Below are positions 15,313 through 25,435 of a stretch of 39,861 nucleotides of DNA, one piece after another. The notes under the pieces were generated by a model. The model did not search any database. It worked only from the letters and a program-made list of their open reading frames with translations, and was not told where the DNA came from. How positions within the stretch are numbered: position 1 is the stretch's first letter; every line of letters starts with the position of its first letter. Source of the DNA: Candidatus Pacearchaeota archaeon (GTDB taxonomy: Archaea; Nanobdellota; Nanobdellia; Pacearchaeales; GW2011-AR1); NCBI GenBank assembly GCA_046705565.1, contig JBJKQI010000010.1, positions 1-39,861 on the forward strand, read 5' to 3'. Both the position numbers and the translations under genes were made by a program.

Positions 15313-15340
15313 TTCCATAAGAAATAGACGTCTCACCCCC
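15313..15340 (+). repeat. ORB-like element 3
   Basis: TTCCATAAGAAATAGACGTCTCACCCCC. Its first 14 nt are identical to ORB-2, and its C-run resembles that of ORB-1. It ends 22 nt upstream of the orc1 ATG. Confidence 0.7.
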
Positions 15341-15362
15341 TTTAAAATAAAAACAAGAAAAG

Positions 15363-16580
15363 ATGGAAAGCGAACTAGACAAAATTTTTGATTCGTTTGA
15401 TAAGAATAATATCTTCAAAGATAAATCTCTTTTACAATCAAACTATAAACCAGAAAATATTCCCCACAGAGATCATGAGATAAAACAAATTGCTTCTATT
15501 CTTGCGCCGGTCTTAAGGGGTGAAAAGACCAGTAATCTCTTTTTGTACGGAAATACAGGCACGGGCAAAACTCTTTCTATCTTAAAGGTACAAGAAGCTT
15601 TAGAGAAAAGAATGCAGAAAAATGAAAATATTGATTTTGAACTTAGGATTCAATACCTCAATTGTAAATTAAAGCAAGTTGCAGATACTGAATATAGAAT
15701 TCTTGCGGAGATTATACGGCAATTGGGCGGAGAAGTTCCTGCAACGGGGTTACCCACCCAGGCAGTTTATAGTAAGTTTATTGAAATTGTTGAAGAAAAG
15801 AAGCAGCTGGTTGTTCTAATTCTTGATGAAGTAGACCAACTTGTGAATAAAATTTCAAATAATTTTTTATATAATCTTACCAGATTAAACTTCGAATTAT
15901 CCAAGTCACAGATTTCTCTTGTAGGAATTTCAAATGATTTGACTTTTTTAGATAATGTTGATCCACGTGTGAAAAGTTCCCTTTCTGAGGAAGAGATTGT
16001 TTTCTCACCATATAATGCTTTACAAATTCAAGATATTCTCCTTAAGAGGATTGGAGGGGCTTTCAAAGAAGGAGTCTTAGAAGAAGGGGTCGTTTCAAAG
16101 TGTGCGGCTTATGCAGCGAGGGAATCTGGGGACGCGAGACGTGCATTGGATTTATTAAGAGTTGCCGCAGAATTAGCTGAGAGAGAAGGAGCAAAGAAAG
16201 TTAAAGTTGAGCATATAGATAAGGCAAAACAGAAAATCGAGAAAGATAAAATTATAGATGTGATTAGTAATCATCCAAAACAGTTTCAGATGGTCCTTAA
16301 TTCAATTATTTCACTTTATGAAGAGAAAAGAGGGAGCCCTTTTTTTACCGGGGAAGTTTACTTGAATTACCAAAAGGCATGTAATCTTTACAAAGTCGAA
16401 CCTCTTACCCAACGTAGAGTAGGAGACATTATTCAGGAGTTTGATATGCTTGGGATAATAAATGTTCGTGTTATTTCTAAGGGAAGGGGGGGAAGAATGA
16501 GGGAAATACGACTCATACTTCCAGAAGCGGTAATGGAAAAATCTAAAGAAATTTTAACCTCTACATTAAATTATGCTTAA
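15363..16580 (+). CDS. orc1: Orc1/Cdc6 replication initiator
   Basis: 405 aa with AAA+ Walker A (YGNTGTGKT), Walker B (ILDEVD), sensor region (GDARRALDLLRVAAE) and a C-terminal winged helix (TQRRVGDIIQEFDMLGII). Confidence 0.95.
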   Translation: MESELDKIFDSFDKNNIFKDKSLLQSNYKPENIPHRDHEIKQIASILAPVLRGEKTSNLFLYGNTGTGKTLSILKVQEALEKRMQKNENIDFELRIQYLNCKLKQVADTEYRILAEIIRQLGGEVPATGLPTQAVYSKFIEIVEEKKQLVVLILDEVDQLVNKISNNFLYNLTRLNFELSKSQISLVGISNDLTFLDNVDPRVKSSLSEEEIVFSPYNALQIQDILLKRIGGAFKEGVLEEGVVSKCAAYAARESGDARRALDLLRVAAELAEREGAKKVKVEHIDKAKQKIEKDKIIDVISNHPKQFQMVLNSIISLYEEKRGSPFFTGEVYLNYQKACNLYKVEPLTQRRVGDIIQEFDMLGIINVRVISKGRGGRMREIRLILPEAVMEKSKEILTSTLNYA

Positions 16581-16591
16581 TTTATTTCAAG

Positions 16592-18187
16592 ATGACACAA
16601 GAAGAACTGCAAAATCTCTGTTTGAAGAAAGATCTCCTGTTAGATGGAACTCTACTTGAACTTTTTTCGTCCTTTGACAACCCCAACCTTGCTGCACTAC
16701 TTCTCGAGAGAATAAAATTTTTTCTTGGGAAAAATTTTCTAACACTTTCTTTACTGAGAAACAATGAAAAGCGGGTTAAAGAAATAATTGATGAGGTTTC
16801 TATTGCTCAAAATTTTAACAAAGAAGAAATAAACAAAAAACTTAATCTTTTTGGGGGGAAAACTAATTCTTTTAGGTTGGAGAGGGAAAATCCAAGGCCA
16901 ATTGAGAGGGGGCCCAAGGTAAAAGTTGTCTCTTCTCCCCAGACTCCCTCAAAAAAATTGGAAGTTAAGGACTTTGTTATTCATTTTAGAAAAAGATATG
17001 AATTCTACAAGGGAGTTCTTGAAGGAAGTTCTTTACTTGAAAACCTCGTCTCTATTAATAAAATTTCTAATGATAAACAAAAGTTTTCTGTAATTGGAAT
17101 TGTAACTGAAAAAAGAGTGACTAAGAATAAAAATATAATCTTGGATATTGAGGATCTTACAGGCAAGATGAAAGTATTAATCAGTGCTTCGAAAGAAAAC
17201 CTTGTAGAAGAAGCGGATGATATTGTCTTAGACTCTGTAATTGGATTTAAAGGGATGGGAAATAATGAGATTCTCTTCGTAAATGAATTAGTTTTTCCCG
17301 AGGCAAATTTGCCCGAGAGAAAAAAATCAGATGTTGAAGAGTACGCACTTTTTATTGGGGATATGCATTATGGGAGTAAACGGTTCTTGAAAAAGGACTT
17401 CTCCAGATTTATTGATTACCTGAATGGAAAAGTTCCTGGGACCCCGGAAGTTAAGAAAATAAAATATCTTTTCATTGTGGGGGACATGGTGACCGGCATT
17501 GGAAATTACCCCAACCAGGAGCCTGATTTAATGACTGTTAATTTAGAGGAACAATTTAGTGAGATCGCCCAAATTCTTGGAACAATAAGAAAGGATATTC
17601 AAATAATAATTTCTCCTGGGAATCACGATTGTGTTCGGTTGATGGAACCTCAACCTCTCCTTGATGAAAAATATGCTTGGCCTCTTTATGAGTTAGAAAA
17701 TGTTACAATAACTGGCAACCCGGCGATGATAAAAATAGGAGAGTCGAAAACATTCGATGGGTTCAATATTCTAACTTATCATGGTTTTTCTTTTCCATAT
17801 TATGCTAACGCCGTTCCAAAATTAATTGCGGATAAGGCAATGAATCAACCGGAGAAGATTATGAAATTTTTGCTTAAACACCGGCATTTGGCTCCCACAC
17901 ACACCTCAACTCAATATTTTCCTCTTGAAAAAGATGGACTCTTAATCAGGGAAATTCCAGATATTTTTGTTTCCGGGCATACTCACAAAAGTGGGCTCGC
18001 ATATTTTAATAATATTCTTGTTATTTCTGTCTCGAGTTGGGAAGGGTTTAGCTCTTATCAGGAGAAATTTGGTAACAAGCCGGATCATTGCAAAGTGCCA
18101 ATGTTGAATTTGAAAACAAGACAAGTTAAAATCCTTGATTTTGAAACGGGTGAAGATGGTGTACGGCTTTATAGGGAGGATGAATAA
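16592..18187 (+). CDS. polB: DNA polymerase II (PolD) small subunit DP1
   Basis: 531 aa with an OB-fold region followed by calcineurin-like phosphoesterase motifs (GDMHYGS, GDMV, GNHD, GHTH). Stop and next start overlap as TAATG. Confidence 0.93.
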   Translation: MTQEELQNLCLKKDLLLDGTLLELFSSFDNPNLAALLLERIKFFLGKNFLTLSLLRNNEKRVKEIIDEVSIAQNFNKEEINKKLNLFGGKTNSFRLERENPRPIERGPKVKVVSSPQTPSKKLEVKDFVIHFRKRYEFYKGVLEGSSLLENLVSINKISNDKQKFSVIGIVTEKRVTKNKNIILDIEDLTGKMKVLISASKENLVEEADDIVLDSVIGFKGMGNNEILFVNELVFPEANLPERKKSDVEEYALFIGDMHYGSKRFLKKDFSRFIDYLNGKVPGTPEVKKIKYLFIVGDMVTGIGNYPNQEPDLMTVNLEEQFSEIAQILGTIRKDIQIIISPGNHDCVRLMEPQPLLDEKYAWPLYELENVTITGNPAMIKIGESKTFDGFNILTYHGFSFPYYANAVPKLIADKAMNQPEKIMKFLLKHRHLAPTHTSTQYFPLEKDGLLIREIPDIFVSGHTHKSGLAYFNNILVISVSSWEGFSSYQEKFGNKPDHCKVPMLNLKTRQVKILDFETGEDGVRLYREDE

Positions 18188-21100
18188 TGGAGACTCAGGA
18201 ATATTTTAAAAATTTTAAGTCCGAAGTTGATAAAATTTATGCAGTTGCAAATGAGGCAAGAAAAAAAGGGTTTGATCCTGTTAGAGAAGTTGAAATTCCC
18301 CTTGCCCTTAGTATGGCTGAAAAAGTTGTTGGTTTAATTTCTACAGTTTACCCTCAGATGATGAATTCTGGGATTTCTGAGAGAATAACAGAATTAGAAA
18401 AAGAATATGGGAAGCTTGACCCAACGGTAGTTTTTAAGATTGCAGATGAAATTTCTAACCAAAAGTTTTGTCAATTCAAGGATGTTTTGGAGGCAATGGA
18501 TGCAGGAATTCGAGTGGGAATAGCATATTTAACTTTGGGGGTTGTTTCCAGCCCGATTGAAGGATATACAGGAATTGAAGTCGGAAAAACAAGGGATAAA
18601 AAAGAGTATATTATTGCAAACTTTTCAGGACCAATTCGTTCAGCAGGAACTACTGCTTCATGTATGGCTTTAGTTTTAATTGATTTTATGAGAGAAAAAT
18701 TTGGTTATGCAAGGTATGACCCGACGGAAAAAGAGATAAGAAGAGTTTTTTCGGAACTCTCCGACTTTCATGATAGAATTGCAAATTTGCAGTATATGCC
18801 AACTGAAGAGGAAGCTGTCTTTCTTGCAAAAAATTTGCCTATTCAGGTTGCAGGAGATCCGTCGGAGAAAATGGAAGTTTCAAATTATAAAAATCTTGAG
18901 AGGGTTAATACAAACAATCTTCGAAGTGGAGTTTGCCTTGTTCTTGGAGAGGGCCTTGCACAGAAGGCGGCAAAAGGGTTTAGGCTCCTTAATCAGGCGA
19001 AGAAAAATGGTATAAAATCTACAGGTTTTGACTGGCTTAAAGAGTATATAGAACTTCATGAAAAAAGAACTCTCGGAAAAGACAAAAAAAGTGGACCTGC
19101 TACATACATAAAAGATTTGGTTGCAGGTCGTCCTGTTTATGGGCATCCGGCCCGTTCGGGGGGTTTTAGATTTAGGTATGGTCGTGGAAGATCTTCAGGT
19201 TTCAGTGCAGTTTCAGTCCACCCCGCAACGATGGGGATAACAGACGATTTTCTTGCGATGGGAACTCAACTCAAAATCGAAAAGCCAACAAAAGGGTGCA
19301 CGGTCACAACTTGTGACGAAGTCGACGGTCCAATCGTCAAATTAAAAAATGGGAGTGTTGTTAAACCAGATTCTTTAAAGAAAGCAAGGGATATCTACAA
19401 AGATATTGAAGAAATAATCTATCTAGGAGACATGCTTTTTCCATTTTCTGATGTCTTAAATAGAAATTCTCAATTAATTAAACCGGGTTATGTAGAGGAA
19501 TGGTGGAATCTTGATTTGAAAGAGAAGGGATTCAACGGAAAAATGAATTATTATGGTGTGCCTTTTGAAGAAGCCGTTAAAATAAGTCAGCAATATAAAG
19601 TTCCTCTTCATCCTCAATACATCTTTTATTGGACACAAATTTCAAGAGGAGAATTTTTTGGATTTATTAATTGGATTAGACATGCAAATGTTGATGGCGA
19701 AATAACTTTGCCTTGGACAAAAAAAGATAGGGAAGTTTTTTCTATTGGGAAGCGTGCTCTTGAACTTTTGGGGGTGGTTCATTTGGTTTCAATTGAAAGT
19801 GTTGTGATTGACAAAAAGACGAGTGAAGCTCTTTTGTTTAATTTAGGACTCAATGTTAATAATTTTCCAAAAGATAAAATTAAATTGAATGGCCTGGAAA
19901 TAAAATATCCAAAAGAATCTCCTTTAGAAATTGTGAATCTTTTGTCTTCAGTTATTATTAAAGACAAGGCCGGTGAATTTATTGGAACAAGGATGGGCAG
20001 ACCTGAAAAGGCTAAAGTTAGAAAACTAACCGGCAGCCCAAATGTTTTGTTTCCCGTCGGTGAAGAGGGGGGAAGACTTAGAAGTGTAGGTGCTGCGTGC
20101 GAGGCGGGTTTTGTTAAGAGCAGCTTTCCAATGTATTTTTGTGAAAATTGTGATAGGGAAACAATTTATAGAACCTGTGAAGTTTGTTTAAATAAAACAA
20201 AAAAGAGATATTATTTCACAGATATAAAAGAAAAAGCTTATGAGAAAAAAATAGAATATTCTTCGCGTGAAGGAATTTCTTATTGTACCCAAAAACTTGA
20301 TGTGAATCATTATTTTAATATTGAAAAAGAGAGGTTAGGTATGATTAAAGATGAGATGCCCCCCTTAATAAAAGGTATTAGAGGGATGAGCTCCGAAGAA
20401 AAAACCCCCGAACTTTTATCAAAAGGTATCTTAAGGGCAAAATACGGATTACAGGTAAATAAGGACGGAACTATAAGAATGGATGGAACTGAGTTGCCGT
20501 TAGTTTCATTTAAACCAAAAGAAATTGAAGTTAGTGTTAAAAAATTAAAAGAGCTCGGTTATGATAAGGATGTTTATGGAAAAGAACTTGAGAGAGATGA
20601 TCAAATATTGGAGCTTATGCCCCACGATGTTTTAATTCCCAGCTCTCCCGAAACCCCTGACGAAGATGGGGCTGACGTTTTTATAAAGATATGTAATTTT
20701 GTTGATGATGAGCTTACAAAAATTTATGGATTAAATTCTTATTATAATGTAAAAACAAAGGAGGACCTTGTGGGAACTTTAGGGGTTTGTATGGCCCCCC
20801 ACAATTGTGCCGGTGTCGCATGTAGATTTATCGGTTTTTCAAAAGCTCTGGGAATTGTTGCAAGTCCTTATATGCATGCAGCAATTAGACGTGATTGTGA
20901 TGGGGATGAAGCTGCAATAATGCTTTTGGGGGATGTATTAATTAATTTTTCAAGAAAGTTTTTGCCAAGTCATAGGGGAGGAAATCAGGATGCCCCCTTA
21001 GTTTTAAATTCCAAAATAGATGCAGGAGAGGTTGATGACCAGATCCTGGACTTTGAGGCAGTTTGGGAGTATCCTCATGAACTTTATAAATTGGCTGAGG

Positions 21101-21645
21101 AAGGAGTTCACTCTTCAAAAGTTGTTTTACCGACGGTAAGAAGTCTACTAAAAGAGGGAAAAGACCCTTTCAGAGATTTAGGGTTTACGCATGACACTAA
21201 AGACATAAATGAAGGAGTTCTTTGTTCTTCGTATAAGCTTCTTGAAAATATGGTTGAAAAAGTCGGTCATCAAATGAAACTTGCTGAAAAATTGAGAGCT
21301 GTTGACACTTCTGACACAGCCCGTCTTGTGATTGACAGACATTTCATAAGAGATTTAAGAGGTAACCTAAGGAAATTTTCGCAACAGGAATTTCGGTGTG
21401 TCAAATGCAATGAGATTCTTCGTCGGGTGCCTCTCTCTGGGAAGTGTCCGGTTTGCGGCGGGAAATTAATTTTTACAATTAATGAAGGCGGAATAAAAAA
21501 ATATCTTGAGCCTGCACTTAATCTTGCAAAACAGTATAATTTGAGCATGTATATGCAACAAAATCTTGCTCTAATTAAAGGATATATTGACAGCATCTTT
21601 GGACGTGAACTTGAAAAGCAAGAAAAATTGGGACAATGGTTTTAG
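18187..21645 (+). CDS. polC: DNA polymerase II (PolD) large subunit DP2
   Basis: 1152 aa with conserved DP2 blocks (GRPEKA, RRDCDGDE) and Cys clusters (CENCDRE...CEVC and CVKCNE...CPVCGG). The length fits an intein-free DP2. Confidence 0.95.
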   Translation: METQEYFKNFKSEVDKIYAVANEARKKGFDPVREVEIPLALSMAEKVVGLISTVYPQMMNSGISERITELEKEYGKLDPTVVFKIADEISNQKFCQFKDVLEAMDAGIRVGIAYLTLGVVSSPIEGYTGIEVGKTRDKKEYIIANFSGPIRSAGTTASCMALVLIDFMREKFGYARYDPTEKEIRRVFSELSDFHDRIANLQYMPTEEEAVFLAKNLPIQVAGDPSEKMEVSNYKNLERVNTNNLRSGVCLVLGEGLAQKAAKGFRLLNQAKKNGIKSTGFDWLKEYIELHEKRTLGKDKKSGPATYIKDLVAGRPVYGHPARSGGFRFRYGRGRSSGFSAVSVHPATMGITDDFLAMGTQLKIEKPTKGCTVTTCDEVDGPIVKLKNGSVVKPDSLKKARDIYKDIEEIIYLGDMLFPFSDVLNRNSQLIKPGYVEEWWNLDLKEKGFNGKMNYYGVPFEEAVKISQQYKVPLHPQYIFYWTQISRGEFFGFINWIRHANVDGEITLPWTKKDREVFSIGKRALELLGVVHLVSIESVVIDKKTSEALLFNLGLNVNNFPKDKIKLNGLEIKYPKESPLEIVNLLSSVIIKDKAGEFIGTRMGRPEKAKVRKLTGSPNVLFPVGEEGGRLRSVGAACEAGFVKSSFPMYFCENCDRETIYRTCEVCLNKTKKRYYFTDIKEKAYEKKIEYSSREGISYCTQKLDVNHYFNIEKERLGMIKDEMPPLIKGIRGMSSEEKTPELLSKGILRAKYGLQVNKDGTIRMDGTELPLVSFKPKEIEVSVKKLKELGYDKDVYGKELERDDQILELMPHDVLIPSSPETPDEDGADVFIKICNFVDDELTKIYGLNSYYNVKTKEDLVGTLGVCMAPHNCAGVACRFIGFSKALGIVASPYMHAAIRRDCDGDEAAIMLLGDVLINFSRKFLPSHRGGNQDAPLVLNSKIDAGEVDDQILDFEAVWEYPHELYKLAEEGVHSSKVVLPTVRSLLKEGKDPFRDLGFTHDTKDINEGVLCSSYKLLENMVEKVGHQMKLAEKLRAVDTSDTARLVIDRHFIRDLRGNLRKFSQQEFRCVKCNEILRRVPLSGKCPVCGGKLIFTINEGGIKKYLEPALNLAKQYNLSMYMQQNLALIKGYIDSIFGRELEKQEKLGQWF

Positions 21646-21648
21646 AAA

Positions 21649-22524
21649 ATGAAATGTGCGGATCTTCATTGTCACAGTTATTATTCCGACGGCGTTTTAT
21701 CCCCTACAGAAGTTGTAAGGAGGGCTAAGAATAATGGGGTAAAAATGTTGGCTTTGACAGATCATAATTCCGTTTCCGGTGTTAAGGAAGCTATTGAAGT
21801 CGGGAAAATAGAGGGGGTAAAAATTATCCCTGCAATAGAAATCAAGTTTGGGGGAGGAGAAGTTCTGGGATATTTTGTTAATATTGAAGATTCAAAATTT
21901 TTAGATTCTTTAGAAAAAATAAAAAAACCATATCTTGAACGCATGAAAAAAATTTGTATTCAGTTAAGTCTGGAAAGAATTCAAATTTCCTTTGAAGATT
22001 TGAAAAAAGCTTTTCCCCTGGCAAACAATAATTTCACATGGACGCACATACTTTATTATTTATATAATAAAAACCTTAGAAATTCTTTGTCTGAAATAAG
22101 TTCGCTTATTTTTGGTAAGATTAGATGGAATAAAATAAAAGAAATTTCCGCTGAAGAAGCAATTGAAATTGTTGTCGGTGCGGGAGGAATCCCTATCTTG
22201 GCTCATCCCTGGATAACTAAAAAGTCAAAAGCCCTTTTAGAAGAACCCAAAATAAGCCAACTTGTTAGAAGAGGTTTAAGAGGGCTTGAATTTGACCAAG
22301 GGGACAGGAATGAAAAAAGAAGTGAAGAATTTATTAAAAAAATAAAATCTATTGCAAAAATACATAACTTAATTCTAACCTCTGGTAGTGACTTTCATGG
22401 GGATTTTTTAATAGATTCTCATGAAGATAAATTTCATCATGAACTTGGTGCTCATAATTGCGAAGAGAATGTTTTTGATAACTTGTCGAAATTAAAAATA
22501 GAATCCCAAAAGACTTTATTTTAA
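21649..22524 (+). CDS. PHP-domain metal-dependent phosphoesterase (TrpH/YciV-like)
   Basis: 291 aa with the ordered motifs DLHCHSYYSDG, LTDHN, EI, AHP, GLE, GSDFHG typical of PHP-family esterases. It starts 4 nt after the DP2 stop. Confidence 0.8.
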   Translation: MKCADLHCHSYYSDGVLSPTEVVRRAKNNGVKMLALTDHNSVSGVKEAIEVGKIEGVKIIPAIEIKFGGGEVLGYFVNIEDSKFLDSLEKIKKPYLERMKKICIQLSLERIQISFEDLKKAFPLANNNFTWTHILYYLYNKNLRNSLSEISSLIFGKIRWNKIKEISAEEAIEIVVGAGGIPILAHPWITKKSKALLEEPKISQLVRRGLRGLEFDQGDRNEKRSEEFIKKIKSIAKIHNLILTSGSDFHGDFLIDSHEDKFHHELGAHNCEENVFDNLSKLKIESQKTLF

Positions 22525-22525
22525 T

Positions 22526-23716
22526 TTAAACAACTGTGATCAATCCAAGATAGTAAAGTATTGTTGGAATAATTAAACTTCCCATCATGTTTGTTCTTTT
22601 GACTCCGAGGCTAATTGAATAAATTCCGGTTAGTGTCGAGAGAATGAGAACAGCCAATCCAATTGGTCCTGAAACAAGCAAAACCACCGTAACTAGGATT
22701 GTGAGGGTCGCATAGGAAATAATTTGATAATTTATTTTCTTGAAATTCTTTGAGAAAAATCTTGCAATTGTGTCTGTCCATTTGAATGCAATTATTCCTG
22801 TGAAAAGAGAAACCGCAATTATTAAAATTAAATAATTTAAGTTTACACTTCCAATTAAGGTTTTAAGAGCCGAAGCAGTTCCAGTTCTTGTTTTTCCTAA
22901 AACATAAAGTGAGATAAATGAAAATCCCATGACGAGGGTGTTTACAATTCCAAGAAGGACCAAAAATTGTCTTTGATCATTTTTTACGAAAGTATTTCCA
23001 ATCACTGCTGCTTGCCCGGCACCAACTCCTGGAAGGAAACTACAAAACGGCGCAGAAATTATTGCTCCGGCAATTGGCCTTTTTAGATTAACCTTTGGTC
23101 TTGTGATCTCTTGAGGTGGAATTTTCGTTTTGTTTTTTATTGAAATAATTATATTTGATGCACCGAAGAGCCCGGTTAGTAATGGAAGAAGTGGTTGATT
23201 TATTGTAAAAATAGAAAGTGAGTAGCCTAAAAGGCCTGTAAGAAAAAAGACAAATAGTCCCTTGAATTTGTGTTTTTCGGTTAAAATTACGATAAGGGAA
23301 ACTGCAATTAAGAGATATGGGATTATTCTTGTAATCTCACTGTTCAAATCTTTTATTATAAAAATTGACGGAACTAAAATTGCAATTAAAATTATTATTG
23401 CAACAAAACTTCCAATGTTTGTTAAGTAGATTGCTTCATAACCTCTGCTTTTTTTTAGAAAATTGTGCCCCGGTAAAACTGAAAGTTCAGTATCTGTATC
23501 TGGACATCCTAAAAACACAGATGGAATAAAATCGAGGAAAGTGTGAGTTATTGCCATTGCAACAACAAAAGTGACAATGTAAACAGGGTTTAGCCCTACG
23601 AGTGGAAGCGAAATTAAAATTCCCGAAATAAGGTTTATGTGGATTCCGGGCGTCAAACCTGTAAATGTTCCAACAAGGATTCCGGCAACGAGAAACAAGG
23701 CAATCTCCAAAAGCAT
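22526..23716 (-). CDS. TctA-family (DUF112-type) polytopic membrane protein
   Basis: 396 aa and highly hydrophobic. GLTPGIHINL near the N-terminus and LPGVGAGQAAVIG mid-protein resemble the duplicated TctA motif. Confidence 0.55.
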   Translation of the reverse strand: MLLEIALFLVAGILVGTFTGLTPGIHINLISGILISLPLVGLNPVYIVTFVVAMAITHTFLDFIPSVFLGCPDTDTELSVLPGHNFLKKSRGYEAIYLTNIGSFVAIIILIAILVPSIFIIKDLNSEITRIIPYLLIAVSLIVILTEKHKFKGLFVFFLTGLLGYSLSIFTINQPLLPLLTGLFGASNIIISIKNKTKIPPQEITRPKVNLKRPIAGAIISAPFCSFLPGVGAGQAAVIGNTFVKNDQRQFLVLLGIVNTLVMGFSFISLYVLGKTRTGTASALKTLIGSVNLNYLILIIAVSLFTGIIAFKWTDTIARFFSKNFKKINYQIISYATLTILVTVVLLVSGPIGLAVLILSTLTGIYSISLGVKRTNMMGSLIIPTILYYLGLITVV

Positions 23717-23807
23717 TTTTTAGTTCAAAGTATCTTTCATTTAAGTTTTTTATTGTGTTCAAGTTGTTTTTCGAAATGTTTAATAAGAAGTTTTTGTTTT
23801 GGGAGGT

Positions 23808-24887
23808 ATGGAATTGAAGGAGAAAATAAAATTAGTTAAGGAAGTTGGCGAAGAAATAATTTCTCTTGAGGAACTAGAGGATTTATTTAAGAAAAAGAAG
23901 AACCCTGTTGCTTATGACGGATTTGAACCGAGCGGGAAAATTCATATTGCACAGGGATTACTTAGAACAATAAATGTAAATAAATTAACCTCTACGGGAA
24001 TAAAGTTCAAATTTTGGGTTGCAGATTGGTTTGGCATGATAAACAATAAAATGGGTGGAGATCTCGAAAAAATAAAAATTGTTGGAAAGTATTTTATTGA
24101 GGTTTGGAAAGCCTGTGGGATGAATTTAGAAAATGTCGAATTTATTTGGGCCAGTGATTTTATTAAAAAGCATCCAGAGTATTGGGAGACTGTGTTAAAA
24201 ATTTCAATGAACGCAACTGTCCAGAGAGTTTTAAGATGCGGCCAAATAATGGGAAGAGAGGAATCAATCTCAAATCCTTCTGCCCAAATTTTGTATCCTT
24301 TAATGCAGGCTTCAGATATTCATCACCTTGGGGCAGACATTGCTCAACTCGGGATGGATCAAAGAAAAGTAAACATGTTGGCAAGAGACGTTTTCCCAAA
24401 AATAGGCCTTGTTCCGCCGGTCATTGTGAGCCATCATATGCTTATGGGATTAACAGAACCTCCAAAGACGGGTATAATAGGAGTTGAAGCCGCAATAGCA
24501 AAAAAGATGAGCAAATCAAATCCAAATTCTGCAATTTTTATGACTGACACAAAAGAAGATGTCGAAAACAAATTCAAAAAAGCGTACTGTCCCGAGGGGA
24601 AAAAGGAAGACAATCCAATCTTAGAGTATTTTAAGTATATTGTTTTTGAAAAAACGGATAAAGTAAAAATTGAAAGGCCTGAAAAATTTGGCGGAAATTT
24701 AGAATTCAATTCTTACAGTGAATTAGAGAAATCTTTTCTGGAAGGCAAGGTTCATCCGTTAGATTTGAAAAACACCTGTGCAAATTATATTAATGAATTG
24801 CTGGATCCTGTCCGAGAGCATTTCAAAAAAAATAAAGAAGCAAAAAAACTTCTTGAAAAAGTTAACAGTTTTAAAATTACAAGATAA
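23808..24887 (+). CDS. tyrS: Tyrosyl-tRNA synthetase, archaeal type
   Basis: Class I motifs GFEPSGKIHIAQG (HIGH-like) and KMSKS, with archaeal TyrRS length. The start is ambiguous: ATG at 23808 directly abuts GGGAGGT, the track uses TTG at 23799, and TTG at 23814 has better RBS spacing. Confidence 0.93.
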   Translation: MELKEKIKLVKEVGEEIISLEELEDLFKKKKNPVAYDGFEPSGKIHIAQGLLRTINVNKLTSTGIKFKFWVADWFGMINNKMGGDLEKIKIVGKYFIEVWKACGMNLENVEFIWASDFIKKHPEYWETVLKISMNATVQRVLRCGQIMGREESISNPSAQILYPLMQASDIHHLGADIAQLGMDQRKVNMLARDVFPKIGLVPPVIVSHHMLMGLTEPPKTGIIGVEAAIAKKMSKSNPNSAIFMTDTKEDVENKFKKAYCPEGKKEDNPILEYFKYIVFEKTDKVKIERPEKFGGNLEFNSYSELEKSFLEGKVHPLDLKNTCANYINELLDPVREHFKKNKEAKKLLEKVNSFKITR

Positions 24888-24961
24888 TTAACAATAATTT
24901 TAAAAAACTCTAAATCCTATTTAATTTACAAAAACAAAAAAGGAGGTAATTAATTAAGGAA

Positions 24962-25411
24962 ATGACTTTATTTTTAGATGCAGCAACACAGTTGACTGCA
25001 ACGCAACTTAGCCAAGGTCAGGCTGCAAGTCTCTTTGCATTAGGTGCAACCTTGTTGGTGGTTCTTCTACTGCTGGTTATAGGAGCTTACATATACCTCT
25101 CTTTTGCTTATATGGCAATTGCAAGAAAGAACAAACAAAGCTCTCCGGGAATTGCATGGATTCCGGGGGTTGGTCCTTTGATAATCGCTTACAGAGGTTC
25201 AAAGATGCATTGGTGGCCATGGCTTTTGATAATCGGTTTTTTTATACCAATTATCAATCTCTTAGCAGGAATAGCATTCTTTGTCTTCGAGATAATCTGG
25301 AATTGGAAACTTCTTGAAGCAATAAAGAAGCCAGGATGGTGGGCAATATTTTTGATTATCCAGCCAGTTTATTGGGTCTTTGTAGGAATTGCTGCCTGGT
25401 CAAAGAGGTAA
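24962..25411 (+). CDS. hypothetical membrane protein
   Basis: 149 aa with about 4 hydrophobic segments and W-rich loops. GGAGGT lies 13 nt upstream of the ATG. Confidence 0.55.
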   Translation: MTLFLDAATQLTATQLSQGQAASLFALGATLLVVLLLLVIGAYIYLSFAYMAIARKNKQSSPGIAWIPGVGPLIIAYRGSKMHWWPWLLIIGFFIPIINLLAGIAFFVFEIIWNWKLLEAIKKPGWWAIFLIIQPVYWVFVGIAAWSKR

Positions 25412-25435
25412 AATTAATTTTTTATTTTTCTTTTT

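Larger units (their letters stand above)
15019..15340. other. Predicted chromosomal replication origin (oriC)
   Basis: Three ORB-like repeats, one inverted relative to the other two, bracket an extremely AT-rich stretch. The whole element lies immediately upstream of orc1/cdc6. Confidence 0.75.

Noticed and set aside
18770-21596. ORFs overlapping PolD DP2 in other frames or on the other strand (18770..19015, 18880..19146, 19779..19967, 21270..21596), and the possibility of an intein in DP2
   Set aside because: The overlapping ORFs are shadow frames. DP2 at 1152 aa reads through contiguously with conserved blocks and has no insertion of intein size.
23487-23839. ORFs 23487..23762 (-) and 23639..23839 (+) at the TctA/tyrS boundary
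   Set aside because: They overlap the 5' end of the TctA-like gene in alternative frames. Their products are Cys/Arg-rich with no motifs.
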